Source of the DNA: Bilabrum cf. latius
Lineage: Eukaryota
Direction of reading: 5' to 3'
NCBI GenBank assembly: GCA_965178125.1
Contig: OZ237752.1
Location: 124,001 to 188,000 of the forward strand
DNA length: 64,000 nt
In this document: piece after piece, positions 37,023-49,547 of the stretch
Layout: the number at the start of each line of letters is the position of its first letter
Position numbering within the stretch: the first letter of the stretch is position 1
Position numbers and translations under genes: made by a program
Notes under the pieces: generated by a model
What the model was told of the DNA's origin: nothing
The model's database searches: none
The model's input: the letters and a program-made list of their open reading frames with translations, nothing else

Positions 37023-38006
37023 ATGGCTTCGACAATTACGGTGAAGGAAAGCCCGATTGCGGCAATCGTCACGTTGAGACGCTAGCTCGCGGAGCGAGGG
37101 CAGCGAAGTTTGACTTCATTCATATCCAAGGTTAGGGAAGCTGATATTTCCGGCGAGGGTCGTCTGGACGAGGAGGAGCTAGACATTGCGATGCGCTCGT
37201 CTGGAGTGTTTCTTGGCAAGCGCGATCTCGGCGCCCTCTCGCGATCGTTAGATGCTGATGGGTCAGGATTTTTGTCCGTGGAAGAGCTGGTAGCGGCGGT
37301 AAGGGGCGATTTGCTTGGCCGCCGGCTTGCGATCGTGGACAAGGCATTCGATCGCCTGTGCTCGTCAGGAGCCGCAGTGGGCGGGTCGAGCGCCGCCGAT
37401 TCCGTCTCTTTGGAAACCGCCGTGGGAGCCATGCGGGTGGAAAAGCATCCCGACGTGGCGGCTGGCCTCGCGGACGGAGAGGCCATGCGTACCCAGCTGG
37501 CCGAGGCGCTGGGCAGGGGCATCGCGGCGGGGGCATCCTCTGGCTCCGGGAAAGGGGGCCCCGACGCGCATGTGGACAGGGAGGCATTCCGCTTCGGCAT
37601 GGGGGAGGCAAGCGCCTGCGAGCCCATCGAGGACGAGTTCGTTGCGGGGATGGAGGCGGTGTGGGGGTGCAGCGAGGCGGTGGTGGACGAGGGCGTGGAG
37701 GCCTACCTTGGCATCATGAGGGAACAAGCAGACGCCAAGCGGTCCCCGGGGGAGAACCAGAGGCAGTACCTCCGGCGGCAGCTGCAGAGGTTCGACCTGG
37801 ACGAGCACAAGGGTCTGAGCTTCGACGAGTTCAGGAGGGCGGGGGAGGTGATCGGGCTGCCCCTGAGCCTGGCAGAGGCCCAGAGGCTCTTCGACGCCAT
37901 GCCCAAGCTGGCGTCAAAGGGGGGCCTCGAGGACGTGCCCAGGGCGGGGATCGACGAGGCGGTGCTGTTCGTGTTCGGGACAGATCCCCAGCCCACGCGG
38001 GGGTGA
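37023..38006 (+). CDS. Calcyphosin-like EF-hand protein
   Basis: EF-hand loops DISGEGRLDEEE, DADGSGFLSVEE and DLDEHKGLSFDE; calcyphosin-like RRLAIVDKAFDRL and KHPDVAAG. N-terminus LRR*LAERG has TAG at 37083. TGA stop. Confidence 0.8.
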
Positions 38007-38283
38007 TTTCCCTCCCCTCCCCAGCTGCTGTTGCACCCATGAACCCTTATGCTGATTCCAGATTTGGCCAGAATCCCCGGAATAGTTGCGTGCACTGAAG
38101 TCGGCCCCTGATGACGCCCATCGCCACTTGCTGGGCGCCGCGCCGACCACTGATTGTCCTCTTGGCGGGTGCACTGCATGCTAGTGAGTAGAGCCTGTTG
38201 CGTAACATTCCTAGAAAATAACTTTCCTGGGGCCAAATCACACGCAACAACTACCAACTTTCATCGTCGGCCTCAAGCATAAA

Positions 38284-40632
38284 ATGGCTGCAGTGGCTGG
38301 AGCAGTGGAAATTACGGAAGTTCCTGAAGGAGCAATTGAGTTAGTTAGTTCATTTGAAGAGAATGGACTGCCAGATTAGCTTGAGGCATACAGCTGTGTC
38401 CTGGAATTGGTCGTGGTTGCCTTTGGATTTGAACGAACCGTAGGGTTCATGGCTTCTATGGCCCTATTGCTCGGGGATTTTGCGCTTTCCGGTTCAAAGA
38501 AGTATTTATTTGCAGAGGAACGATTAGCTGATGCGAGTTCGCGGACAGACTACAAAGGATAGCGGCCGAAATAGCTGACTGGGTGGTTCCTGGTCCACCT
38601 GATGTACAACGTTTTTGGCTGGGATTCGAAGCTTATTAACCTTGTGCTGGCTGGGCATAACTTCAAAATGGATATCAATACCACGAAAAAGTATATTCGA
38701 AGCACTGACCCGCCACTTCGCTCAGGTGCACCTGGAGAGATACCAGATGGAGCAAAGTTGCTGCTAGTTGGACACCTCCAAAGGATGTGCCGGTGCGGTG
38801 TATATTATTCTCCTAGACATATACAGCGCATTGCAGGACGAATGAAGGCTACTTACAAAGCTAATGAGGTAAAGCGGGGCAGGAAATCGTCCTCATATGA
38901 GATGCCTTCGCCATCCTGGGTGAGCAGGTTCATGGCGTCCCACAAGTTCACGATGCAGAAGCCCGGGACCCTCGACAAGGGCAGAGATAAGGTTACTAGA
39001 CTGCAGCTCTACGAGTGGTATGTCAAGTTAGCTCATCTGTGCAAAGAGTTCGATATAGTTGACCCTAGATAGATGCACAATATGGATGAGTCTGGCTTGA
39101 TCATCAACAGGGAGGGGCAGCACGACGTGTACAACTTCAAGGGCCGCATCGACTCGTCAAGCGACTTCGGCGCCTGGTCCGAGGAGGGAAGGATGAAATT
39201 CAACCAAGCGACTGCTGGATGTCGCAGTACCACTACCCTGGCCACCTGGTTCTGCGCCGACGGGAGCGTCGTAAAGCTGGACCACCTCACCAAGGGGACT
39301 AGACTCGAGCAGCCCCCGGCCCTGGTTACAAAGTTTACGAAGCGGGCGAAGGTACTGCGTACGTAGACGATCAATGGAAAGAGCATTAAGGTCGACACAT
39401 TACATGCCACACCGCGAGCATTTTAGACGCGGCCCAGTTTCGCCAGGCAATTCAAGGAGTGGGCCTACATAGTGCGAGAGAAGAGCATCGAGGCAGGGCA
39501 CCCCGACGAGTGGCACCTCCTCATCTACGACAACCATACATCGCATTTTTCCGAGGAGGTTATCGCAGCTGTGATTGAGAAAAAGATCATCATCCTCACC
39601 ATCCCCCCCCACTCGTCTCACATCATCCAGCCGTTCGATGTCGCCCCGGCAGGCAGCTGGAAGGCAGCAGTGAGGGCTCTGATCAGTGATGCCAGCCTGC
39701 GAGCGAGGGCTGCGCTGTCCAAGGACCATGCCCCAGCACTAGCTGCTGCATCTGCGTTGAATGCTTTTACCGTAGAGCTGGTGCAGAAATCGTTCAAGCT
39801 GGCAGGTTGGTGGGATTTTGGGAAGGGGTGCCCTGTGGCGCCATTCGAGTAGCAGTAGAGCATCATGGTCAAAGCGAACATCCCGGAGGGTAACAATGAT
39901 TTAGCAGACCTGGAAGCTATCAAGGAGGCATACCGCAAGGTGTACGAGGCAGACGCAAGTGATTCTGCCGCAGCTGTGGTGGGGGGACATGTGGGGTCCG
40001 GGGGGTCCGGGGCTGCGACTGGGCAGGTGAGCGGAGGCGGAGCCGGGGCCTCATCGTCGTCCTCTTCATCTAGTGCTGCCAGCAGCATGGCTGCCCTCGA
40101 TGGCCTGCGAGGCGTCACGCAGCAGGACCATTCCATGTCATAGAGGGTTCTGGATTCGATAGAGGCGGACGTGGAGAGCAAGAGGAGCAGCGGGGCGCTG
40201 GCCGGGCAGAAGCGGGCCCGCCGTGGGTCTGGCCATCCAGCCGGCGGTGAGCTCTCAATGCAGACCGGTATCGTCTACATCCAGGAAGCAGTGATGAAGA
40301 AGCAAGTAGATTACTACATGGCTCTTGCAAAAGTGCAGGGGGCTGCTTTGGAGAAGGTCAGGGTGTTCGCCGAGGCTACCAGTGCGCAAGAGAAGGCAAC
40401 CTCGGATCTCCTCAGCGCCGAGCAGGAGCTAATACAGTCTCCACAGCGCCCATCAAAGAAGAAAAGGGTTTTGAAGTGTATCGAGCTAAAGGACGCTGCT
40501 GCCAGGTCGCTTAACACCTCGGCAGCCGCGGTTCTGGATATCCCCAGGGACACTGATGCGAAGATCGCAGCGCTCGGCCAGCGGCCAATATTGAAGGTTC
40601 CGACGGGTCCCGCGAGTGGCGACGAGCAGTGA
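38284..40632 (+). mobile_element. Tc1/mariner-superfamily pogo/Fot1-like DD35D transposase ORF, 782 aa, intact if TAG is sense
   Basis: HTH-end-like SPSWVSRFM; catalytic HNMDESG, LLIYDNHTSH and IPPHSSHIIQPFD, with 35 residues between the second and third Asp. Nine in-frame TAGs (38377, 38560, 38572, 39070, 39364, 39424, 39850, 39856, 40141), no other stop and no frameshift. GC appears lower than in flanking genes. Confidence 0.85.
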
Positions 40633-41165
40633 TTATATTTATAGTATATAAGTAAACTCTGAACAGTTCAGATCACAGCATTAGGCTAGGATTCAGCAGC
40701 ACTAGAGCTGCAAAGTCGGGTGGAGGCATGACAATTATGATGCATGTGTTGTGTTGCCCGACCTACAGCAAAGCCTACAAAAAGCTGGACATCCATCTTC
40801 ACAGATTAGTTAGATAACCTATTCAAGCTTCTCCTCATAACTTTCTGGGGCTGTAGGTGCTCTGTGTGTCGGCATGTATCGCGCCTATGAAAGTTTTGCA
40901 AGCGGCTGGCCGCAAAAAAAAAGAGTGAAACACCCCAAGTTCAACCTAGCATATCTCAGCATATACTGATCGAAATTTTGCAAGAAGAGCACCAAAATTT
41001 AGATCTCGAGGAGCTGAATCAGCCAAAAACAACGCCTGCTGCGATAGGTTCGCTGAACGGCAGGGGATGATCCGCGATGAATGTTCTGTCAAGTCGAGAG
41101 AAAGTTCGGCAACAGGCTCTACGCCGGCCGGACGTGAACCTATTTTTTCGGCTACCTCTCTGAAT

Positions 41166-42911
41166 ATGATCGCCTCGGTTGCTATATTAGCCGGACTCGC
41201 TGCGGCTGCGGTGGATGTGAAACTCGCTCCCAAAGACTACGCCGTTCCTGCCGACGGCAGGCTCTTCAGTTATAACACAGTCCTAGGCCCCATCATTCAG
41301 ATCCCTTACGACAACTCGGCTCTTATCGATGGCGCTGAAACGATTGGCCTTGGCTCAATCCGCTATCCAGGCGGTACTGTGGCTGACTACTGGTCCATGC
41401 GTTTAGGAAACTACATCAACGACTGCTCGCGCAGCCTCTGTTCGTGTTGCGAGTTCCAGCCGAGCATTGCAAAGTTCCCTACCGGGACGTTTTTGCCAAA
41501 AGCGGTGCTCGCACCTGGATCGATTGGAAGGACCACCACGAGCACGCCTGTGTTCGACGTGAACGTGCTCACGTTCAATACGACTGCTGAAGCGATTGCA
41601 GACGTCCAATCTTTGGCCGAGCAGGTTACATCACCATCGGATGTTGAAATATTTGAGATGGGTAACGAATTCTACCTAACGAATTACCGATGGCGTTTTC
41701 CGAACTCGTCCACGTACATGGAAGCCGCCAAGCCGATTGCAGCCGAGGGCCGCAAGCTGTTTCCCGATGCCCTGGTGATGGCAGTCGCAAATCAAGGATA
41801 GCTCAAGTCTGATTCGTGCGGTGGCAGCTGGAACAGCCAACTCAGCGCCTTTAAAGAATCCTACGACGGCGTCACCCTGCACGACTACTCGATCACGAAC
41901 AAGAGCGTGGGCTCGCATTTTCCTCCGTCCCAGTGGAACACGGTGGTGGCCGCGTGGTCCAGTGCCAGCGTGCAGCTGGCCATGAAAGGCGTGGACGCAT
42001 GCTTCGGCAAGGACACGCTCGTGGCACAGACCGAGTTCAACTATGCGGGGGGCGAGGGCCAGGGCTTCGGCCCTACGAAGTCGGGTCCCCTGCTTGCCCC
42101 ATATGGAGCCATCCACGGCATCTTTTAGGCGGACAGGATACTGGAGGCAGCCAGGCACGTCACGGACACGCCCACGCCTGCCCGCCGCAGGGAGGCAGCG
42201 CGCAGTGCCACCGGGGAGCCCTCTGCTGCTGCAGCTTCTTCTTCCTCCTCTTCGGTCAAGTGGAGCCGGTACGTCTCCATGCACATGCACGCGCTGGCCG
42301 AAGACACGGCCGTGAACTGGGACCACAACTCTGGCGTGCTTCGATTCAACGCCTCCCTGGGCCCCGACGCTCGCCCCGAGGTGAGCGGCGTGGGTCAGGT
42401 GTTTGCCCACCTCACGCGGGCGGCTAGGCCGGCCCCCTGGTCGTCGTTTGCGACCAAGCCGAACGGGCAAACGGCAGCAGGCGGGTCATCACACCAGTCA
42501 TCGACATCCCCGCCGCCCCCGGCCTCGTACTTCATCCCGCTGGAGCAGTCCGGCAGCGAGCACCCCACGATCGGCTTCGCGATCAAGGACCAGACGGGGC
42601 TGCCCTGCCTGCAGGCCTCCCTCTTCGCCTCGGACCCGGGGGCGAGGACCTCCCCCCGATTCGCGATCATCAACCGGTGCACCGAGACGCTGACCGCCGT
42701 GCTGCCTGCCTTCGACCCCGCCCAGGCGGACGCCTGGCTGTACTCGGCCGAGGACGAGGGCGGATGGGCCCCGCTGCCGAGCAAGGATGCGCCCGTGCCG
42801 TGGACGAGCGGGCCGCTGTCCCCGCGCAGGGCGAGCGTGAGCTGCTCGTCGGGAGGCTGCGCGGTGACCATGCCGGGGGTGTGCATGGCCATCTCTGCTG
42901 GGGCGCAGTGA
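41166..42911 (+). CDS. Secreted clan GH-A glycoside hydrolase (GH51/GH79-like)
   Basis: Signal peptide MIASVAILAGLAAAA; IRYPGGTVADYW, FEMGNEFY (acid/base), DGVTLHDY, QTEFN (nucleophile). TAGs at 41799 and 42126; TGA stop. Confidence 0.75.
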
Positions 42912-43159
42912 GCGTGACTGGCGTGTGGGTGGCCTTCTTGGTGCATGCAACCCGCAACGGGGCACTAAGGCGGGAGCTGCATGCGCAGCCTGAGGTTGCC
43001 CAGTTTGTTTATTTGTTTGTACGCCCCCCAATTCCGAGTCCTGCCAGCAATCAAATTAAAAATTAAAAACAAGCAAAGCAAAAAGGAACGGGTGTAGTTA
43101 TCAAGCATCACAACCTGGATTAAGTCATCTCTCGCTGCATGTGGTGGCAAGTCCCAGCC

Positions 43160-45205
43160 TCACTTGGCGGATCTCAACAGGAGGTTGAGCAGTTCAGCAG
43201 CAAGACCTGCGAGTTTAGATGCATCCCGCGCTCTGATTCCGTCGAAGAAATTCCTTAAGTGGTCCTCCTCAGTGTCTTCGCGTATCAGTGCGCCTAAGAG
43301 CTGAGGCACTGTACCGATGCCCTAAACAATACGCTGACCATCCCCTTCCAGCGGGAACGCAACTCGTAGCGAGCTCTGCCAGTGGGTGCCGAACTACTCG
43401 CCTGCGTTGATCACTCCCGCGTAGATATGATCGGGCAGGGCAGATACGATGCTGTGGGCGCCAGCTAGCCGACCGGGGTCGTTCATCTCCACAAGCGAGT
43501 GCAGCACAAGACCCATGGCGTACACCGCAGGGTCGCGGGTCAAATCACGCGCAGCTGGAAGTTGATCTCTGGGAACTTCCAGGGCGTCTAGGAGTGCCTC
43601 TATAAGAGGGTCTCTCTTGCTGGTGTGCCGCCAAAATGGGTGGCCCGCGCTCGGAGGGACTGCCTCGAGCCCGACCAGCATGGAGTAATCACCATCTTCG
43701 ACGTAGTTTGCCTCGATCGCCGCATGAAGCAAGCCCATGCAGTCTAAGGCGCCCTCTGGAAGGGCCGGATCTGGGAGCCTGGACCGGAGACATGCCACCA
43801 CCGGGGGCTCTTGCTCCTCGTCGACAGCCCACATTGCCAGGGCCAGGTTGCCTCGCCTGCTCAGCCTCAGCTCAGCCGTCATGAACTCGAAGACCTCGGG
43901 AGCGGTTTCGTCGCGAGTGGTAACATCGGCACTGTAACCCTCCACGGTCTCCGCTAAGTCCACGAGGGCCTGGACAGCAGGGGGCTTCTTCCTGCCTTTG
44001 CCTACACCCGCACCCACACCCCCGGCTGAGAGCTCCATCACGGCGTGAGCGGAACCGGCAGCACCCGGATCAGGCCCCTCGCCGTCGACGGCCGCATAGT
44101 GCCCTTGCAGCATCCCGAAGATGTCGGTCTCCAGCACGGTGACTCCCGCTGCTCCAGACCCAGCTCCAGGTCCACCAGTGCCGGCACCAGAGGCAGCGGG
44201 AGGTATGCCCGCTCCAGCGTGGCTCCCACCGGCGGGAGGGTCTGCCAGATCACGGAACGTGTCAACGATCTTGGGCAGCAGCTCGGCGCCGATCGTGCGG
44301 AACGCCTAAAACATCCGGTCACCGTCACGTCCGATGCGGGCTTCGGCGAGTGCTCTTGTGACACAGGCTTGATAGGGCTCGCTCGCCAGGACGCGGAAGA
44401 AGTCTGTCCCGCGCATTGGAGTCCCGTCGCTTGGGATCGGGGGCATGTCCTCAGCCGTTGTTGCGGTCGCACAGATGGATCGTAGCCGCCCCATGTAGTC
44501 CTCGTTAAGCATCGCGGCTGTAGCAACGTTGCAGGTTCGTGCAATATCGTCGACTAGGCGGGCGAACGATGCGACCTGCTCCGGCTGCGACCCTGCATCG
44601 ACGGTCACTGCTGCGTCTCGCAGCAGGGCAATGAATCGCACCGCGGCATTGTCACCGCCTAATGGGCCGAGTAAGGCGAATTCTCGGATTGATTCAATGC
44701 TCTCGATCAGCTCATCGGAGCCTGCGCGGGATGTATGCCAGTGCGAGGGGGGGATGACGGTAGCGAGTGAGGGGCGATTTCGTGCTGTAGGTGCCATATT
44801 TCGGCATCTCTCACCATCACTGGGTTGAACTGGATGAACGCTTTCGGCCAAAAAGGCTAAAAGATCTCCGATTGTGTCGTCCTCATGGAGCAGGATGCGC
44901 TTGCCGCCAGCAGTGGCAGCTTCCGATCCGGCTACGCTTGCACGTATTTCCCATCGGTTATCTGTGGTACTTGCGATGCTTATGTGCTTCAATTCATCCC
45001 ATTCAGGTCCATCGAGGGAAAGGGTGAGCACGCCGTCCGGCTTCAGGTGCAGAGTGGCGCCTTCCAGCTCGAACGAATCGCCGTTTCTGCCAGATACAGC
45101 CCCTCTGGCGGTTCCCCTGAGACCAAGATGGCGATTATGTCGGATCCCTGATTTGGCATGGCATGTCCATAATGCAGATATCACTAGTAGAAGGCAAAAT
45201 TGCAT
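43160..45205 (-). CDS. Hypothetical secreted protein, about 681 aa
   Basis: Signal-peptide-like MQFCLLLVISALWTCHA. One frame interrupted only by TAG at 44306, 43394 and 43322, ending at TGA 43160-43162. Confidence 0.65.
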
Positions 45206-45345
45206 GGTTTAGGCTTTGGTGGCGTTGGTTTTGGTTCGATGTCAGGTTCCACCACAGTGCTCAGGGAACGTTCATTCACTTGACTCATTCGGAGTCACAA
45301 ACTTTACACGTTCACCGAGATATCGTCAACACTTCACACCCTAGG

Positions 45346-46836
45346 ATGGCCCAGCTGACAGATTTATTTGATTCATTGGTAAGCGAACTTCGGAAAGGCT
45401 CGATTGAGTCGTTGTCACCAGAACGAATCCAATATTTCTGCAGCATACTTCGGTCGCCTGCTGGCAGGGTGCTGTCGCATATGCGATCGGAAACTTCCGT
45501 GAGGACAAATTCTGTAGACTTCCTAAGTTTCCCTTTAGCGTTGCGGTGAGTGAGTCTAGACCTGGCAGCGTCTTTGGATTATACCTCGCAGAACCGTGAG
45601 GGTGTTAGATACATCCACGGTGTAATATCGCACGTGTGGAGTACGAAGCTAAGCGTAGCAAATGCGATAGCAGAAACAGGCGCGAGTCTAGATACGGATA
45701 TCATTGAGGTGAGAAAGACCCCAGCGTGGCATCGGATACGTGCTTGGTAGGAGATGCTGGATCAAGAACAGTACATCATTACTAGCACCAAGCACTTGCA
45801 GGTTCCGGAAAAGGGCTTAGAAAAGTGGCAATTTGCCTTTTTCTCTTGTGCTTCAAGGATGTTGCGTAAGCTGCCTGCCTTCGAGGCGGCCTTATTTTGG
45901 CGCAGCAGGTACACCATCCAGGCTGACGATGTGAGCTGCTCCACTCGTACAAGCACCAAGCCTCTTCCAAATTGCCCTCATGACTATCGAATCCAATTTG
46001 AAATGTAATTTTTCATATCACCGAAGCCTCGCGTCAGGGACCAAATCCGCGGGTACGCCATCGTTAAGTAGCACCAGATCTGCTGGCTGTGTCCTTTGTT
46101 CCATGCCGGACTAATGGTGTTCGCTCCGCCAAGCGAAGTAGATCCAATGGACTTGTGGCTGTTCATGAGACAACCTATGCATGTGGTGAACCTGTTTGTC
46201 CAGTGGACGAAGGATTACCCGCATGACCCCAGGGCCTGGCTGCTGGCCATGTACAAGCACCTGGACCCTGCCTTGCTGGCCGGGGTGCAGTACTACAATC
46301 CCTACAGGGCCAGGATGAGACACATGCTGCACTGGAGAAGGGCCGCGGCAGCGCGGAGAGACGCTAGCATGGTCTTCCAGGCTGCGGCGGAGGGCAGGCC
46401 GCTGGAGCTGGCCAAGCGGCTGAGGCTGGGCCGGCTGGCCGGCGGGCATTTGATGGCAGGCCCCTCGGACAGGGGTGCAAGCAGCGATAGCGACAAAGGA
46501 GCTGGAGCAGGGAAGAAGCATGCGACAGAGGGCTACAACGCGCTGACGGCTGCATGCGCGGCTGGCCATGGGGAGTGCGTGAGGGTGTTGGTCAGGGAGC
46601 GGTGGGACGCGGACTGGTACCTGAAGGGTCGTGACCCGGGGGGGAGGGGCTGCTGGGAGGTGGCAAAAGGCGATGCGGTGGGTGTGCTGGAGGAGATCAG
46701 AAGGGACCCGCTGATGCTATGCGAGGACCTGCCCCCCACTGCTGGCTCTGTCGGTGATGGCGGTATCAGCGGCGGTGGTGTGGCAGGTGGGAATACTCGT
46801 GGTAGTGCTCCTGATTGCATCAACCCACCAAGCTGA
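45346..46836 (+). CDS. Ankyrin-repeat-containing protein; 5' exon structure unresolved
   Basis: Ankyrin-like EGYNALTAACAAGHGECVRVLV and VFQAAAEGRPLEL in the 46096-46836 ORF, TGA stop. Upstream in-frame segments carry candidate donors (gtaagc near 45379, gtgagc at 45931) and a TAG at 45748. Confidence 0.5.
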
Positions 46837-47479
46837 CTGCACTGCACTGCCCATGAACTGCCTGTCGGGTTGGGCGCGGCTTCGTGAGGAACCGAAAAAT
46901 GCGCTCTTTCTTCTCGAAGATGGCGGCGGGTCACCAGCATCAATCCAATCGGGTTGCTCTGCTGGGGCCATCACGCGGTTCGGTTCAACCCCGGGGGTCC
47001 TCGACACGTGAGACGCAGCCTGTATCATGTGAGGGTAACAGCCTGTTTGCTCGTCCTGCATAGAGCGAGGCAACTGAATGCATGGAACAGCAGCAGCATG
47101 AGGGCAACTCGCTTGCCATGGGTTATGTATGGGCCTTGCCATGGCCCATTGGTCTGGTGCCCAACTGGTACTATCGACCAACGACAGCCGGCGGGCACAC
47201 AGACCCAGGCATTGGCCGTCACAGTGGCGTCCTGGGAGTGGCGCTTGGTACAGACGTGTCGCACCGACGGTCACTGTGTCGGGTGATGACGTCGACTGAC
47301 CCTACGACGACGACCCGCTGCGCGACCCGCCATGGTTGGTAAATGCTCGCAACTAAAAACCCGTTTTGCAGACTGCAGGAAGTCGAAGTCCTTTTTTCAC
47401 ACAATCGAACAGCCTGCCTTGATCAGCAGCAAATTCAGTGTTGAGTCTATTTATCTACTTAACGCAACACAATCAAAGC

Positions 47480-49120
47480 ATGCGATCCTATGTGGCAGCA
47501 GTAGCCGCAGCCGGAATCCTCGCCTCTCCAGGCCTCGCCGGCCTTCTTTGGCCGTACCCGCAGCAATTCAACGCTGCCAGCCCCGCGGTGCAGCTGAATG
47601 TAGATGCTTCTTCATTCAGCATCAATCTGAAATCTGCGAGCGGTCCGGAGACTCCGCACCTGCAGGACTCGATCCAAAGGTATTCCAAGATCTTTTTCGT
47701 GCAAAAGACCAGCTACTACCCGCCGGGCACGGGCAATGAGGCGCATGTTGCTCCCCATTCTGCATCACTGGTATCGCTGGATGTGACAGTGGCGGACAGC
47801 GCGGCTCCGCTGGAGCTGGGCGTGAACGAGTCGTACTCGCTGCATGTCCCGTCGAGCGGCGGGAGCGCCACATTGCAAGCCGAGACGGTGTGGGGCGCGA
47901 TGCGGGGCCTGGAGACGATGTCGCAGCTGCTGGACTGGAGCGGTGACGGGAATACGTTTGAGACACCGGCGTGCGAGGTTGTGGATTTCCCTCGCTTCTC
48001 GTGGCGCGGCACGATGATCGACACATCGAGGCATTATTTACCGATGCCCACGCTGTATCGGGTGCTTGACGGGATGAGCTACAACAAGCAGAACCGCTTC
48101 CACTGGCATCTGGTGGACGATCAATCGTTCCCTTTCGTGAGCAAGATGTTCCCGGACCTATCGGGCAAGGGGGCCTTTTACGCGCCGGCCACCACGCACA
48201 CGTACAGCCCGTCCGACGTGCAGGCCGTGATAGAGTACGCGAAGAACAGGGGCATCTCGGTGGTGCCTGAGTTCGACACACCGGGGCACACGGCATCGTG
48301 GGGGGCGGGGTATCCTGACCTGCTGACGGCGTGCTACGACAAGCAGGGGCAGCCGGATGGCACGCGGTACGCCATCAACCCCACGCTGAACGGGACGTGG
48401 TCTTTCTTGGACGCGTTCTTCGGCGAGGTGTCTGGCGTGTTCCCTGACGCGTACGTGCACGTGGGCGGGGATGAGGTGAGCTTCGGGTGCTGGCAGTCGA
48501 ATCCGGGCGTGCAGGCGTGGATGAAGGCGCGCGGGTGGACGGACTACTCCAAGCTGGAGAACTACTACGTGCAGCGGGTGATCGACATGATGACCCAGGA
48601 GCACAATCGGAGCGTGATCGGCTGGCAGGAGCTGTTTGACAACGGCCTGGCCCTGCCCGAGAGCACCGTGGTGGACGTCTGGAAGGGGCACGGCACGGAC
48701 GCGTGGAAGGCAGAGATGGGCAAGGTGACCAAAGCGGGGCATAGGGCGCTGCTGAGTGCGCCGTACTACCTAAACTACATCTCGTACGGGGACGATGCGA
48801 ACACTTACTACTCGGTGGAGCCGACCGATTTCGGCGGGGACGAGCAGCAGCAGTCTCTGCTCATGGGCACCCAGGCCTGCATCTGGGGGGAGTGGGTTGA
48901 TGCGACCAACGTGATCTCGCGATTCTTCCCGCGGTCATCCGCCGTGGCAGAGCGTGGATGGAGCGCCAAGAGCAAGAACTCCACCACAGAGATGACGCCA
49001 AGGCTCCATGCGCACCGCTGCCGCATGAACTACCGGGGGCTGCAGGCGGAACCGCAGGACCGCTCGACGCCCTGCCCCTCCGAATGGAATCCCGCGTACA
49101 ACTCGCCCTGGTCCTCATGA
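47480..49120 (+). CDS. Beta-N-acetylhexosaminidase, GH20 (HexA/HexB-like)
   Basis: Signal peptide; LWPYP, ESYSL, DFPRFSWRGTMIDTSRH, FHWHLVDDQSFP, PEFDTPGH, catalytic HVGGDE, CIWGEWVD, PRSSAVAER. Intronless, no TAG, TGA stop. Confidence 0.95.
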   Translation: MRSYVAAVAAAGILASPGLAGLLWPYPQQFNAASPAVQLNVDASSFSINLKSASGPETPHLQDSIQRYSKIFFVQKTSYYPPGTGNEAHVAPHSASLVSLDVTVADSAAPLELGVNESYSLHVPSSGGSATLQAETVWGAMRGLETMSQLLDWSGDGNTFETPACEVVDFPRFSWRGTMIDTSRHYLPMPTLYRVLDGMSYNKQNRFHWHLVDDQSFPFVSKMFPDLSGKGAFYAPATTHTYSPSDVQAVIEYAKNRGISVVPEFDTPGHTASWGAGYPDLLTACYDKQGQPDGTRYAINPTLNGTWSFLDAFFGEVSGVFPDAYVHVGGDEVSFGCWQSNPGVQAWMKARGWTDYSKLENYYVQRVIDMMTQEHNRSVIGWQELFDNGLALPESTVVDVWKGHGTDAWKAEMGKVTKAGHRALLSAPYYLNYISYGDDANTYYSVEPTDFGGDEQQQSLLMGTQACIWGEWVDATNVISRFFPRSSAVAERGWSAKSKNSTTEMTPRLHAHRCRMNYRGLQAEPQDRSTPCPSEWNPAYNSPWSS

Positions 49121-49547
49121 ATTTTGAGGGTGAGGTAACCGCGTAAGGTGGAACGAGGATGAGCGACTTACGTGCGGAAGATGAAGACAAAATTGCATGG
49201 TTTGTAGATTGCTTTTACCAACTATCCAAGGGTGCTCGGAAGTACACGATATAGATTATGATCATGTATACCCTATACACACGCCATTCACAGCTCCTCG
49301 TCATTCCATGGCCGGACGTACTGGGGGATCCATTCCGCCGGGCATGGCGCCGCGCTTTCTTGTGGTTCCGCCTGCAGCCCCCTAGATCTGGATCTAGAGT
49401 TCTCAACCCGGTACTGCAAAATTGATGATCGACCCGGAGTGGGTCCAACTTCAACTTGGATTGCCCGCCGCCGCCCGGACGAGCTCGAGCCCTGTGTGTA
49501 GCTCATATTGGCTCAAGCAATCTGATCTGATCTGCAGCAAGCAAGAA

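Noticed and set aside
45547-46008. In-frame TGA (45547) and TAA (46006) upstream of the ankyrin ORF as evidence that all three stops are reassigned
   Set aside because: Both lie downstream of good splice donors and are plausibly intronic. The gene model is unresolved, so they are not usable evidence.
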